In this document: positions 18,622 to 28,153 of the stretch, piece after piece
Numbering within the stretch: position 1 is the first letter of the stretch
How the letters are laid out: the number at the start of each line of letters is the position of its first letter
From: an uncultured Candidatus Saccharibacteria bacterium
Lineage (GTDB): Bacteria > Patescibacteriota > Minisyncoccia > Minisyncoccales > UBA1441
Assembly (NCBI GenBank): GCA_964477715.1
Contig: CAYZEC010000006.1
Coordinates: 1 to 36,171, forward strand
Direction of reading: 5' to 3'
DNA: 36,171 nucleotides
Made by a program: the position numbers and the translations under genes
The notes under the pieces: generated by a model
Databases searched by the model: none
Told to the model about the DNA's origin: nothing
Seen by the model: the letters and a program-made list of their open reading frames with translations, nothing else

Positions 18622-19203
18622 TTAAAAAACCAAAGCCGCGTAATAGCTGAGATTAGCAATTTCTTCGGTAGTTAAATTTTCAGCCATAGACATGGCTTCC
18701 GATATCAATTCCTGAGATATCTCAACCTCTTGACCCACTTCCAACCATCGAGAGCCATCCGGTTGACTAAGATCAATTCTCCTCTGAACATAGTCCTCCA
18801 TATATATTTTCTTTTCAGCTGAAATATTTTGATTAGACTCTTCGAGATAACCATTAATCGCCCGACGAGCTAAATGAGTCAGACCCTCTCCATCTCCAGC
18901 CCTTTCTCGATAAACATTAGATGGTTTCGAATCTTGGAGCAAGCTAGTAATTGGTTCATCAAATTCATCGATCTCATCAGCATCATCCTGATTCCCTTCG
19001 TTAATTGAAAACAACCCTCTTTCGATGTTTTCAGCTTGTTCAGAGATACTCGCCCTTAAATCGTTGGGATTGTATCTGACTAGCGCAACTCCCAAAGCAA
19101 AAGCCAAAATAACCATCAAAACAATAATTGAAGATAAATAAAAACTTCTCGTTTTTAGTCTATTTTTAAAAACAATAAGATTTTTCCTAAATTGGAAGTC
19201 CAT
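18622..19203 (-). CDS. single-TM hypothetical protein
   Basis: TM, acidic linker, GEGLTHLARRAI...YMEDYV domain. Confidence 0.75.
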   Translation of the reverse strand: MDFQFRKNLIVFKNRLKTRSFYLSSIIVLMVILAFALGVALVRYNPNDLRASISEQAENIERGLFSINEGNQDDADEIDEFDEPITSLLQDSKPSNVYRERAGDGEGLTHLARRAINGYLEESNQNISAEKKIYMEDYVQRRIDLSQPDGSRWLEVGQEVEISQELISEAMSMAENLTTEEIANLSYYAALVF

Positions 19204-19262
19204 AAATAATAATCTTATTATACCCCAAAAACCATGAAAGACAATCTTCGGTCAATCAGAAA

Positions 19263-19520
19263 TCAAGACAGATCTGCTTTCTCTGATTTTTTAACTAAAA
19301 CCAAAGATTCCTCTTTCTTTTTGCTAAAGAAAAAGATATAAAGGATCTCCAATATGCCTAAAGTATTCAAAAGCAACATTACGATAAACCAATTCTTCTG
19401 ACTGCGGCGAGCTGCTCGCCAGAGAGCCCAGCCTGTCCAAACAAGAGACCAAAGAGCGATCAACAATGCGATCTCCGGGTTGGCCAATAAAAATTCTTCG
19501 ACAACAAATAATTGATCCAT
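19263..19520 (-). CDS. small membrane protein (DUF5652-like)
   Basis: WSLVWTGWALWRAARR...WFIVMLLLNTLGILEILYIF. Confidence 0.8.
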   Translation of the reverse strand: MDQLFVVEEFLLANPEIALLIALWSLVWTGWALWRAARRSQKNWFIVMLLLNTLGILEILYIFFFSKKKEESLVLVKKSEKADLS

Positions 19521-19597
19521 AATATTATTAATTTAATTGCTAATTTATTATATCTGATTAAATCTTGAGAGCAATCAGAATTGTGTTAGAATAAAAA

Positions 19598-19787
19598 AGA
19601 GAAGAGCTTGTACGCTCTCCTTCTTCAGAAGGAGGTGATATCCGCCCACAAGGCTCCAGGAGGGAGATAAGGAGCAGCTCGAAGCTGTTGGCATACTTAA
19701 AGAGCCTTAATGATGGGCGCAAAAAAAATCCGAGAGGACCTCCCTTGGGGGGAACGATGCGTTCGTCGTTCCCCCACCCTGTTTTTA
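19598..19787 (+). ncRNA. candidate ~190-nt structured ncRNA
   Basis: TTGAGA-N16-TAGAAT promoter; nested stems GGAGGT/ACCTCC, CGCCCA/TGGGCG, AAGGCTC/GAGCCTT, CAGC/GCTG; terminal hairpin at 19748-19775. Confidence 0.55.
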
Positions 19788-19805
19788 TCAAAAATATTCT
19801 CTGGA

Positions 19806-20009
19806 TTATTTTTTAAGCAAAATTCGATAGAATGGCCTGGCAACCATTATAATTATAACTAAAACCAACCACCAAAAATTAATCTTGCCCAAAGACGGAA
19901 TTAAAATTACCAGCAAAACACCAAAAAGCACACAGCTCCATTTAACCAGAGCCATATCCCAAGCATCCATTTTTCCCATTTTTATATTTATCCAAGAAAT
20001 AAATTTCAT
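19806..20009 (-). CDS. small 2-TM membrane protein
   Basis: 67-aa hydrophobic ORF with an AT-rich leader. Confidence 0.7.
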   Translation of the reverse strand: MKFISWINIKMGKMDAWDMALVKWSCVLFGVLLVILIPSLGKINFWWLVLVIIIMVARPFYRILLKK

Positions 20010-20083
20010 TTTAAAAAATAATTAATTAATAATTCGACCTTTAATATATTCTACCTCAATTAAAGCAATATTAAATAATTAAT

Positions 20084-20446
20084 ATGTCAAATTCTAGAAA
20101 AGAAATCATTCGAACTATTTATCTTTATCTTTTTTCTTTGATCGGATTAGTTTTAATCATAATTGGTTGTGTCAATTTAGTTAACCTGGGCTTAAAGTCA
20201 TTTGTTTTTAAACAAGCTGATGAAATCATCATTTACCCTCGTCAATCAATTAACCTTGAAACACAAGAAGAGATAAGTGAAGAGAAAATAATTCAAGCTC
20301 AAGAAGAAGAATTGGCTTATCGCACCCAAGAATTAGTTTCTCGCAAACAACGCTCAGCGGCTAATGCCGTAGCTATGATTATTGTCGGATTGCCTCTTTA
20401 TCTCTATCACTGGAAATCAGTGCAGAGCACTAAAGAAAAAGATTAA
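20084..20446 (+). CDS. membrane protein (DUF5671-like)
   Basis: RTIYLYLFSLIGL...AMIIVGLPLYLYHW. Confidence 0.8.
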   Translation: MSNSRKEIIRTIYLYLFSLIGLVLIIIGCVNLVNLGLKSFVFKQADEIIIYPRQSINLETQEEISEEKIIQAQEEELAYRTQELVSRKQRSAANAVAMIIVGLPLYLYHWKSVQSTKEKD

Positions 20447-20516
20447 TCGGAAAAAATCTCGGATTCTCTAAATAAAGAATCTATTTAAAAAAAGAGCGCC
20501 TAAAAAATCTCGAAGA

Positions 20517-20582
20517 TTATTTTTTCGGAGCTTTTTTAGGTTTTTTTGTTTCTTTTTTTCTAGAATTATTCCCTTTAGCCAT
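20517..20582 (-). CDS. 21-aa lysine-rich micro-protein
   Basis: MAKGNNSRKKETKKPKKAPKK, AT-rich leader as in host genes. Confidence 0.55.
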   Translation of the reverse strand: MAKGNNSRKKETKKPKKAPKK

Positions 20583-21086
20583 AAATACTAAAATTAATAA
20601 GCATTCATTGCTTTAATTTTGACGAAAAATATCTATTAATCCCACAGCCTAAAACAATCAATATTCGCCACTACCATCGTCTGGACCCATACATAAACCG
20701 CTTTTTACGCCATCGTTATATCCATTTTCCGGGGGAGGACCCTCTCCGTCTCTGGGTCCGCTAGCTAGTCCACCCGTACCAAGACGCCATCACTTAGATT
20801 CCATAATATTAATAAATATTAATTATTTTAATTGTATCAAAATCGTTTAGCTTGTCAAAGTTTGCCTAAATAATGATAACTATTTGAAGTGATAATATTG
20901 ATATTTATTGTTGTTAATTTAATTATAATTCGTTGTTTTTTTATATTAATTTTAATTTACTTTATTGACATTGATCAATTTTCGCCTATTTATATCCGCA
21001 TCTAAGTTTCGTAAATAAAAAAAGGGGGTGACTCAACATCATCACCCCCCGAAATGTGCCTACGCACAACAAGTCGTTTCGATCGA

Positions 21087-21155
21087 CTACTTCCGGACAC
21101 GCCCGTTTTCGTCGATGTATCCCACGATCGTCACAACGCCAAGTTGCTTCTTCAT
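21087..21155 (-). CDS. 22-aa micro-protein
   Basis: SD AGGAGG, MKKQLGVVTIVGYIDENGRVRK, TTGACA at 21286, terminator at 21017-21050. Confidence 0.5.
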   Translation of the reverse strand: MKKQLGVVTIVGYIDENGRVRK

Positions 21156-21370
21156 GGCTACAGCCCTCCTGTTTCTATCGGCGGGACGAACGAAATTGAC
21201 GACAATAAAGAGAACAAACCTCCTTTCCCGAGTCTACACTTCTCGGATTCTAGTAAATAATAGCTGAAATAATTGCTTGTTGTCAAGTAATCTAAAAGAA
21301 AAATCGCCCAAGAATAAATCCGGGCGATTTAATTCTAACTCAGAAATTTTGGCAGGCTCCTCTGGTTTTA

Positions 21371-22018
21371 TCAATCCAAACAATCTTTGGGACAACTTTC
21401 TGTTGTCTCAGCGCAAGGGCAACCAATTGCCTCGCAAACAATTTCTTGACAAATCCCATCTCCGCACAAGTCTTGGCAGAAAACCATTCCTTTTTGGCAT
21501 TCGCCCTCGAAAAATTCCCATTCGTCACACTCGGAACCATCATCAAAAAGACAGAAGCCTTTTTGTGATTCATCAACCAATGTTCTGATATCAGATTCTC
21601 CGCCTTGTTCAATACAATAAACAGAGGCTGGATTAGCTAATTGAACATTATTCTCTCTGGCAACAGCACAATTATCAAAAATAACCTCTTCATTCTCTTT
21701 AAAAGAAACCATTTCTTCTCCCTTCGTCCAGAGCTCAATGCTTTCATCTTCGCTTAAATATCTAGCCCCACTTCCTGAAATAGCTTGATAAACTTTAATT
21801 TCTCGGCCATCACTCAAAACCAATTCCGCATAGGAAGGTTTTTCTTGATGATTATAGTAAACAACATCGATCCAGGCATCGTCATCACACTCAAAACGAA
21901 CGTTGATTTGATCATAAGGAGTATCCTCTGTTCCTTTGTTACCAAAACTCTCAGTAATTAAAACTACTGCGATAATTATAATCAATGCCCCAATTAAAAC
22001 TAAAATTGTTTTCTTCAT
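21371..22018 (-). CDS. MliC lysozyme-inhibitor domain fused to DUF333 and a Cys-rich tail
   Basis: QAISGSGARY...LWTKGEE (MliC); LANPASVYCIEQGG...GFCLFDDGSECDEWEFF (DUF333). Confidence 0.85.
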   Translation of the reverse strand: MKKTILVLIGALIIIIAVVLITESFGNKGTEDTPYDQINVRFECDDDAWIDVVYYNHQEKPSYAELVLSDGREIKVYQAISGSGARYLSEDESIELWTKGEEMVSFKENEEVIFDNCAVARENNVQLANPASVYCIEQGGESDIRTLVDESQKGFCLFDDGSECDEWEFFEGECQKGMVFCQDLCGDGICQEIVCEAIGCPCAETTESCPKDCLD

Positions 22019-22147
22019 ACTTTTAATTATTTTTTATATTTTAAAACAATTAGAAACCCTAATTATTCTATCACAAAATTATTTTCTTTATTCCAGGCAC
22101 AACTTGTCACACAAAATCTACCTCAATGCTGAAATATATGAATGAAA

Positions 22148-22723
22148 TTAAGGACGATTTTTAACAGCCGCCAAACCCTTCCAATCTTCCAGATCTAAAT
22201 CTGGTTTCTCCTTGCGATATCTTGCATATAATGATATCCCTTCAGGATTTTCCAAAATATCAACCTTAACACCCCTTTCGCTTAACATTTTTTCATTTCC
22301 CGAATTATTGGTAACGTCTCCGACGACTACGCGATTAAATTGACGCATGTAAATAAGAGTAGCGCACACATCACACGGACTAAGTGTGGTGAAAATTGTC
22401 ATTGAACTGAAATCCTGGCGACCCGCATCTCTTATGGCTGAAGTTTCGCCATGGTTGTAGGGATGGTTCTCTTGGACCAAAGTGTTGTGACCTTTCCCGA
22501 CAATCTGACGCGTTTTATTGTCAATTATCACGGCTCCAGCGGGACAACCCCCTTCGTTGTAGCTTTTCTTGGCCAAGAAGAAGGCAATTTTCATAAAATC
22601 CTTGTCTTCAAGCTTCTGGAAAAAATCATCATCTGCCAAATCTCGAAGACTAGTTGTCGGAAGATGGGCAATTATCTCTAAAATTCCATCCTCAATGTTT
22701 GTATTATTGTTTATGAATTTCAT
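22148..22723 (-). CDS. Zn-dependent nucleoside/cytosine deaminase
   Basis: HGE...TTLSPCDVC; the C-terminal EDW region resembles fungal-type cytosine deaminase. Confidence 0.88.
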   Translation of the reverse strand: MKFINNNTNIEDGILEIIAHLPTTSLRDLADDDFFQKLEDKDFMKIAFFLAKKSYNEGGCPAGAVIIDNKTRQIVGKGHNTLVQENHPYNHGETSAIRDAGRQDFSSMTIFTTLSPCDVCATLIYMRQFNRVVVGDVTNNSGNEKMLSERGVKVDILENPEGISLYARYRKEKPDLDLEDWKGLAAVKNRP

Positions 22724-22864
22724 ATTATTAAATTATACTGCAAGTTTAAATTGCAAGAAAGCAAAAACTCTTGATTCTTAAATTCTCAGGCCTCAGGCCT
22801 AAAGAAACTTTTCCCTCCCAAAAAATATTTATCTTTTTAATAAGCAAATAAACGTCGATCCGAC

Positions 22865-24088
22865 TTATCCAAACATCAACCACCCTGGCTTAAATATTAA
22901 CAATAAGCCAATAATGAACATCAATATTCCACCGATCAGATGCGAATAACGAGCATATTTAGTGGTAACTCCGGTCATTTTTAATGTAACCATGGCAATG
23001 AAGAAAACGAGTAAGTCGTCTAACATAAAGAAAAATATGTAGAGCAAGAGATAGGCATAATATTGCCATCGAGCCAGATTGCTCAAAACCAAGACTTGCG
23101 TGTAAATGGCGGGTAAACCAGCCGAGCAAATAAGTTCAACTAAATTAACCGCAAAGGCTAGCAGAATAATTCCTCCTAAAGCTAAATAGAAGCTCTTTTG
23201 ATGAGTAATATTTTTTAGCTTTTCAAAAATCTTTTTTCTTTTCTCTGTCCCAGTGACCTTGCAAACAACTTCGGGATTAGTAAAGTACTCTTTCAGATTG
23301 TAGCCACCAGCCAAAAGAGCGACTGCTCCGATTAATACCCTTATCCAAATTACTAGTCCTATGAATAAAATGAAGTTGAGCCAGGCAGCCATAAAAATAA
23401 AATAGACTGAAGCGGAAGCAACGATAAAGGCTGACCCCAATATCCACATCCTTTTTCGATCTTTCATGCCTAAGAGTAGGCTTATTAAGAATAATAATGC
23501 CCACATAGCACAAGGATTAAAGCCATCTAAGGCACCTAAAACTATCGTCAGAATCGGCAAAGAAAAATTCTTCGTTTCAATTTTACCGAACAAAGGAACA
23601 TTAATTGTTTTCGGAATAGATGATTTTTCTTCTTCGCATCCACAATCATCTTCGCCCCTATCTTGCTGATCATTCTCATGCAGAGCTAATATTTCTCTAC
23701 CGATATCTCGACAAACGCTGTCTTGAGCACACTTAATCGCATCCTCTATGGCGGCCCCGGTGCTTTCTTCGCTGTGCCAACCAATAAAATATTTTTCACC
23801 CACCAAAGTGAAGGGTACAGCAGAAATATTAATATTGAGCGTTTGAGCTATTCCCCTTAATAATTCTATATTCTCTCGGCTTTCTTCAATTTTAAAATCA
23901 TAAACTTTTACTTCCAGATATTTTTCTTCAAGTTTTTCTAAAAAAGGTTTCTCTTTGGCACAATGCGGGCAACCCTCGCTCCAGAAAAAGTAAATATTAA
24001 TATCAGATGATTCTTGAGCAAAAACATCCTGGCCTGGAACAATAAATAAAGAAATGAGAAATGAGAAAAGAATAATCTTTTTAAACAT
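22865..24088 (-). CDS. glutaredoxin/thioredoxin-like domain fused to a DsbD/CcdA-like TM domain
   Basis: FFWSEGCPHC; DGFNPCAMW; VELICSAGLP. Confidence 0.88.
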   Translation of the reverse strand: MFKKIILFSFLISLFIVPGQDVFAQESSDINIYFFWSEGCPHCAKEKPFLEKLEEKYLEVKVYDFKIEESRENIELLRGIAQTLNINISAVPFTLVGEKYFIGWHSEESTGAAIEDAIKCAQDSVCRDIGREILALHENDQQDRGEDDCGCEEEKSSIPKTINVPLFGKIETKNFSLPILTIVLGALDGFNPCAMWALLFLISLLLGMKDRKRMWILGSAFIVASASVYFIFMAAWLNFILFIGLVIWIRVLIGAVALLAGGYNLKEYFTNPEVVCKVTGTEKRKKIFEKLKNITHQKSFYLALGGIILLAFAVNLVELICSAGLPAIYTQVLVLSNLARWQYYAYLLLYIFFFMLDDLLVFFIAMVTLKMTGVTTKYARYSHLIGGILMFIIGLLLIFKPGWLMFG

Positions 24089-24121
24089 ATTTTTAATCTT
24101 GATAAATAAAACACAGATTTA

Positions 24122-25096
24122 TTATTTTAACTCTGTTTTTTCTAAAATTAAACCATTAAGTATTTTCTCGACTAGCTTAATACTATCTCCATCTAATATA
24201 GAGATGGGGGTTACGTCTTTATTTAGCTTTCTAAGTTTTTCGGAAGCTTTGTTAATAATTTCCTCTGAAACTACATCTTTTTTGCTCAAAAAAACATATT
24301 CTCTTTTTTCCAAAAGCATTTTATTGTGTACCCCAAGCTCTTCTCTGACTGTTTTGTAGTCCAATACTGGATCAGCTGAATCAGCAGCCACAAAATGAAA
24401 AAGAATCTTAGTTCTTTCTATATGGCGCAAAAATTTAAAGCCGAATCCCTTGCCCGAAGAGGCGCCCTCGATAAGCCCAGGAAGATCAGCCAAAATCAAT
24501 TCATCATAAACGCCTAAATTTGGTTCTAGGGTTGTAAATGGATAATTAGCTACTTTGCTTTTGGCATTAGTTAATTCGTTGAGCAAACTTGATTTACCAA
24601 CATTTGGCAATCCAATAAATCCAACATCAGCAATTAATTTTAATTCAAAACGAATTTCAAGAGATTCTCCAGGCTTCCCATACTCAAATTCTTTTGGGCT
24701 TGTATTAGTTGAAGACCTAAAATGAAAATTGCCCCTTCCTCCAATTCCTCCACAAACAATCATCTCAGTTTCTCCAATTTTGGTTATTTCAGTACTCTCG
24801 CCTGTTTCTAAATTGTGTATTACCGTTCCAACAGGAACTTTTAAAATCAAATCATCCGCATTGCTACCGTCACAAAATTGAGGACGACCATCTTGCCCAT
24901 TTTCAGCTTTAAATTCTTTTTTAAATCGGAATTTATTCAATGCGCTTAAATCAGAAATACCCTTAACGTAAACACTGCCACCCTCGCCACCCTTGCCGCC
25001 AACTGGGCCCAGAGACATTAGGTTTTTATTAAAAGCCACCGCCCCTTTTCCACCATTTCCAGCCGTCACTCTTATTTTAACGTCATCAATAAGCAT
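24122..25096 (-). CDS. obgE: GTPase ObgE/CgtA (short, no long C-terminal domain)
   Basis: Gly-rich N-terminus, GLPNVGKS, YPFTTLEPNLG, DLPGLIEGA. Confidence 0.96.
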   Translation of the reverse strand: MLIDDVKIRVTAGNGGKGAVAFNKNLMSLGPVGGKGGEGGSVYVKGISDLSALNKFRFKKEFKAENGQDGRPQFCDGSNADDLILKVPVGTVIHNLETGESTEITKIGETEMIVCGGIGGRGNFHFRSSTNTSPKEFEYGKPGESLEIRFELKLIADVGFIGLPNVGKSSLLNELTNAKSKVANYPFTTLEPNLGVYDELILADLPGLIEGASSGKGFGFKFLRHIERTKILFHFVAADSADPVLDYKTVREELGVHNKMLLEKREYVFLSKKDVVSEEIINKASEKLRKLNKDVTPISILDGDSIKLVEKILNGLILEKTELK

Positions 25097-25175
25097 ATTT
25101 ATATTTCTTATAAAAAATCAAATCCCGCTTTTAACGGGATTGATTTTCGTTTACTTAACTCTGCAAAAATGACTA

Positions 25176-25373
25176 TCAAACACGAGTTACATTTATTGCA
25201 TTAGGTCCTTTCGGAGAATCAGCTTTTTCAAAAGAAACTGTGTCACCTACGCTTAAATCTTCGTAGGCTACATCTTTCAGCTCGTTTCGATGAAAAAACA
25301 AATCTTTTTCTTCGCCTTCAATAGCAATGAATCCGAATCCCTTATCAGTAAGGTTTTTGATCGTTCCTTCCAT
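25176..25373 (-). CDS. cold-shock protein (CspA family)
   Basis: KGFGFI, DLFFH, KGPNAINV. Confidence 0.95.
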   Translation of the reverse strand: MEGTIKNLTDKGFGFIAIEGEEKDLFFHRNELKDVAYEDLSVGDTVSFEKADSPKGPNAINVTRV

Positions 25374-25595
25374 GATTTAAAAGATAAATTAATTTAATTA
25401 ATGTTTTAAGGTTTTATCCTAAAGCTTAGCGTCCAGCATAAATTCGACTAGATTTCTATTAGACGACTATCTTACTCGGATAGAGTACCACTTTAAAAGT
25501 AATTCGTCAACTAAATAATAGCCCTATTCGGAAAACAGTTTCAAAAATAGAATATTTTATGTAAATGAAAGTTAAGCAACTAGATGCCGATGTTT

Positions 25596-25835
25596 TTATT
25601 TATATTTTTTACCTGATCTTCTCTCAATTGATGGTATAAAAATATCATCGTTTTCGTTTCGATGAAAAATAATGCGAATATCTCCTTTACGCACCCGGAA
25701 AATATCATCCCGTCCTTTTAATTTTTTTACATCTAATGAGCCAGCTTTTCTTTGTTTAATTTTTTGAAGTATTATTTTAATGATCTTTCGCTCCTTTTCG
25801 TCTAATTTGCTCAATGCTTTTTCAATCTTATCCAT
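25596..25835 (-). CDS. RelE/ParE-family toxin
   Basis: DVKKLKGRDDIFRVRKGDIRIIF; downstream of a Phd antitoxin. Confidence 0.85.
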   Translation of the reverse strand: MDKIEKALSKLDEKERKIIKIILQKIKQRKAGSLDVKKLKGRDDIFRVRKGDIRIIFHRNENDDIFIPSIERRSGKKYK

Positions 25836-25842
25836 ATAAATA

Positions 25843-26064
25843 CTATATTCTGGAAATCAAATCTTCGATATTTAACCCACCTTTATGAATTTTAGTAAAA
25901 TCAATCACCCTTTCCCATTCTCCTTCATCTACGGGGGTAATTTTAAATAGAGGATCTGATCTTCGCATGACAATTAAGCTCTCTCCGTTTTTTACGCGAG
26001 CAACATATTTATCAACATTTTCTCTTAATTCTTTTAAACCAATCATTGTTTCCATAATATTCAT
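25843..26064 (-). CDS. Phd/YefM-family antitoxin
   Basis: IGLKELRENVDKYVARVKNGESLIVMRRSDPLFKITP. Confidence 0.88.
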   Translation of the reverse strand: MNIMETMIGLKELRENVDKYVARVKNGESLIVMRRSDPLFKITPVDEGEWERVIDFTKIHKGGLNIEDLISRI

Positions 26065-26079
26065 ATTAATTCTATTATT

Positions 26080-26099
26080 AGTTTAACTTAAGATAAACT
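26080..26099. promoter_or_regulatory. candidate TA autoregulatory operator
   Basis: Near-perfect palindrome AGTTTAACTTAAGATAAACT just upstream of the antitoxin. Confidence 0.45.
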
Positions 26100-26358
26100 T
26101 TTGTTAATTTTTAGAGATAATAATTTCTTATATCTGAGAATAAAAAACTCGCCAACAAAAAGAGAGAAAAATAATTAGCTTTCGCTAAATATTGATATTA
26201 GAATCTTTATTCCCCCAAGATGCTTAATTTCGAAAAACTTGCTCGAGGTTTTCGACATAATCAAGGGTCACAAACTGATCAAACCCCTTCAATGCCCTGA
26301 CATTTCCAATTCCTACCAAACTATTCTTGGTTAGAATATGGACAACCAGGCTTATTTT

Positions 26359-26880
26359 TCATTTCTTTTTAGCAGTAGTTTTCCTTGAAACTTTTTTATC
26401 TTTCTTGTCCGCTGATTTGAGAGATTTTTTGAAACTAATTTTTCCAGTAACTTTTTTTTCTTTATCTTCGGAATCAGTTTTTATCAAAGATTCTATTGTT
26501 TCTGGTGTTTCTAAGTGCTTGTCCTCTGGCGTTAAGATACTTATGATTATATCTAATTTAGCAATCAATTTATTAATTTGCTCATAATATCGATCATCTG
26601 GTTTTGGGGCACTAAAACTCCCTCTTCTCTCATCTCTGAACCCACCCCTCTCTCCTCCGTTCGAAAATTTCGAACTGCGACTCGGTCCACCCTGCTTTTT
26701 AAAACAATCCGAGCAATAAACTGGCTTGTGGTTCGTTGGCTTAAAGGGAACTTCGCATTTTTTGCCACAATCACTACAAATCGCTGGATACATCTCTACT
26801 GGCCCTCTCTCTCTTTGACCGCCGAAAGAATCTCTCTTGTTGAACCCCCGCCTGCCATCATTCCTTTTAAAGTTACTCAT
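26359..26880 (-). CDS. CxxC-x17-CxxC domain protein
   Basis: CSDCGKKCEVPFKPTNHKPVYCSDCF. Confidence 0.9.
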   Translation of the reverse strand: MSNFKRNDGRRGFNKRDSFGGQRERGPVEMYPAICSDCGKKCEVPFKPTNHKPVYCSDCFKKQGGPSRSSKFSNGGERGGFRDERRGSFSAPKPDDRYYEQINKLIAKLDIIISILTPEDKHLETPETIESLIKTDSEDKEKKVTGKISFKKSLKSADKKDKKVSRKTTAKKK

Positions 26881-27007
26881 ATTTTTTTCTCAGATGTTTT
26901 AATTTTATCTTTCTGATTATTAATGATAATCGTGGCACACATTATAAGATCTCGCTTGGCGGAATGGCTTTTGAGGCGAATTACTAAGAATATTCATGAC
27001 AAAGAAA

Positions 27008-27070
27008 ACAAAAACCCGAGATATTGTCTCGGGTTGCTCGGCTCTGGGAATGCAGCAAAGCTAGAACCTG
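27008..27070. repeat. junction J5 (attR-like): hairpin + GCTCT-N14-GCTAGAAC
   Basis: AACCCGAG-ATATTGT-CTCGGGTT, core at 27041, second box at 27060. Confidence 0.8.
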
Positions 27071-27122
27071 TTTTTGAAAAATAGGACGGGGACCGGGCCA
27101 CTCTGGCCTGATCCCCCGTAGT

Positions 27123-27333
27123 TCAATAACTTCCTTCGCCGACTCTCCATCCCGTCGGAAGATAAGTGTTTTTCTTCGCCATCGCAATCTTGTCTGGATG
27201 CTTGGGCGTTAGCGTGACTCGCAGACCCTCTTCTTCTGGAGTAAGGGGACCTCGTCATCTCTTCACGAGACTGACCTCTTTCCTCCGACGCATGATCGCA
27301 GTACGCTTTGCCACATGCAGGACACAGGCTCCT
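27123..27333 (-). pseudogene. decayed small Zn-finger-like gene
   Basis: TTGACA at 27394, SD AAAGGAG, AGG where ATG is expected, then SLCPACGKAYCDHASEERGQSREEMTR, +1 frameshift, PLTPEEEG...GEGSY stop, then a terminator. Confidence 0.6.
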
Positions 27334-27416
27334 CTGAGTTTCTCCTTTTCTCTGGGATAATCATGTCTCTGGCATTTAACTTGCAAACTGTCAAACCGCC
27401 TCCGGAAAAATACTAT

Positions 27417-27458
27417 TGGCTCCCCCTATTAGATGAAGTTCGAACTTATTTTGCTTAA
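27417..27458. repeat. junction J4: TGGCTCC-N14-GTTCGAAC
   Basis: Core at 27419, box at 27438; + strand reads WLPLLDEVRTYFA-stop. Confidence 0.75.
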
Positions 27459-27937
27459 AATGAAAAATCTGGAAACCCTTCCAACGTTCTGTCTAATAAT
27501 ATAAATGCTTGTAATCCTGTCTCAAATTCAAAAGATATATCTCCGCTATCTAATACAGATGCGTCTTTAATTATAGGCTGTTCCTTGAGCCACTGTACTG
27601 TTATATCAGTTGCATTAGAATCTCCTTGGTCTTTTAGGTCAGTAAACATGCTGTTGGCGTCTTCTATAGTCTGGAGTATTAACTCTGCTTCTTCTTCTGT
27701 CATTTCTCTAAATTCTTCTTCATCTTTATTTATAATAGGCGTTTCTGTATTGTCTATAATCTCGGGCTCTATAACAGTATAATCATCCTTATGATCGTCA
27801 TCTTGATTATTTTCAATGGAAACTTCCTCTTGAATTGAATTATTATCATTCAATACCCAAAAACCCGATAACCCTAACACGCCCATAATAATTATTGTTA
27901 TTACTGAAAATAATAGTATATATTTGTTAGCTATCAT
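27455..27937 (-). CDS. acidic membrane-anchored hypothetical protein
   Basis: N-terminal TM, acidic body, TGGTATAAT extended -10 at 27961-27969; the stop abuts junction J4. Confidence 0.75.
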   Translation of the reverse strand: MIANKYILLFSVITIIIMGVLGLSGFWVLNDNNSIQEEVSIENNQDDDHKDDYTVIEPEIIDNTETPIINKDEEEFREMTEEEAELILQTIEDANSMFTDLKDQGDSNATDITVQWLKEQPIIKDASVLDSGDISFEFETGLQAFILLDRTLEGFPDFSF

Positions 27938-28037
27938 TACTTTATATAAATAATTTATTTATTATACCAAAAAATCTCAATCGGTTCAAGCATGGAATAC
28001 AACTTACTTGGGGCTCTATGAATAAAAAAGTCTGAAA

Positions 28038-28140
28038 CAGCTCCGTATCGTGAACAACGCTAGAACCAAGATGGAAGGGGAAAATGAGCATATTTACATC
28101 TCAGATTTGCAAGAATGCGCTAATGCATAAACCTACCCTG
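28038..28140. repeat. junction J3: GCTCC-N14-GCTAGAAC plus ~100-bp tail
   Basis: Core at 28040, box at 28059; tail aligns ungapped with 29580-29682. Confidence 0.8.
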
Positions 28141-28153
28141 TCGGGCAGGATCA

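Noticed and set aside
20801-20808. TGA read-through / alternative genetic code
   Set aside because: TGA terminates intact genes such as recG and the serpin, and long ORFs are open in code 11.
26200-26350. Open-frame fragment LVVHILTKNSLVGIGNVRALKGFDQFVTLDYVENLEQVFRN on -
   Set aside because: No convincing start or recognisable family; cannot be supported.
26984-27360. Three overlapping ORF-track calls
   Set aside because: Better explained by one frameshifted pseudogene at 27123-27333 and its shadows.
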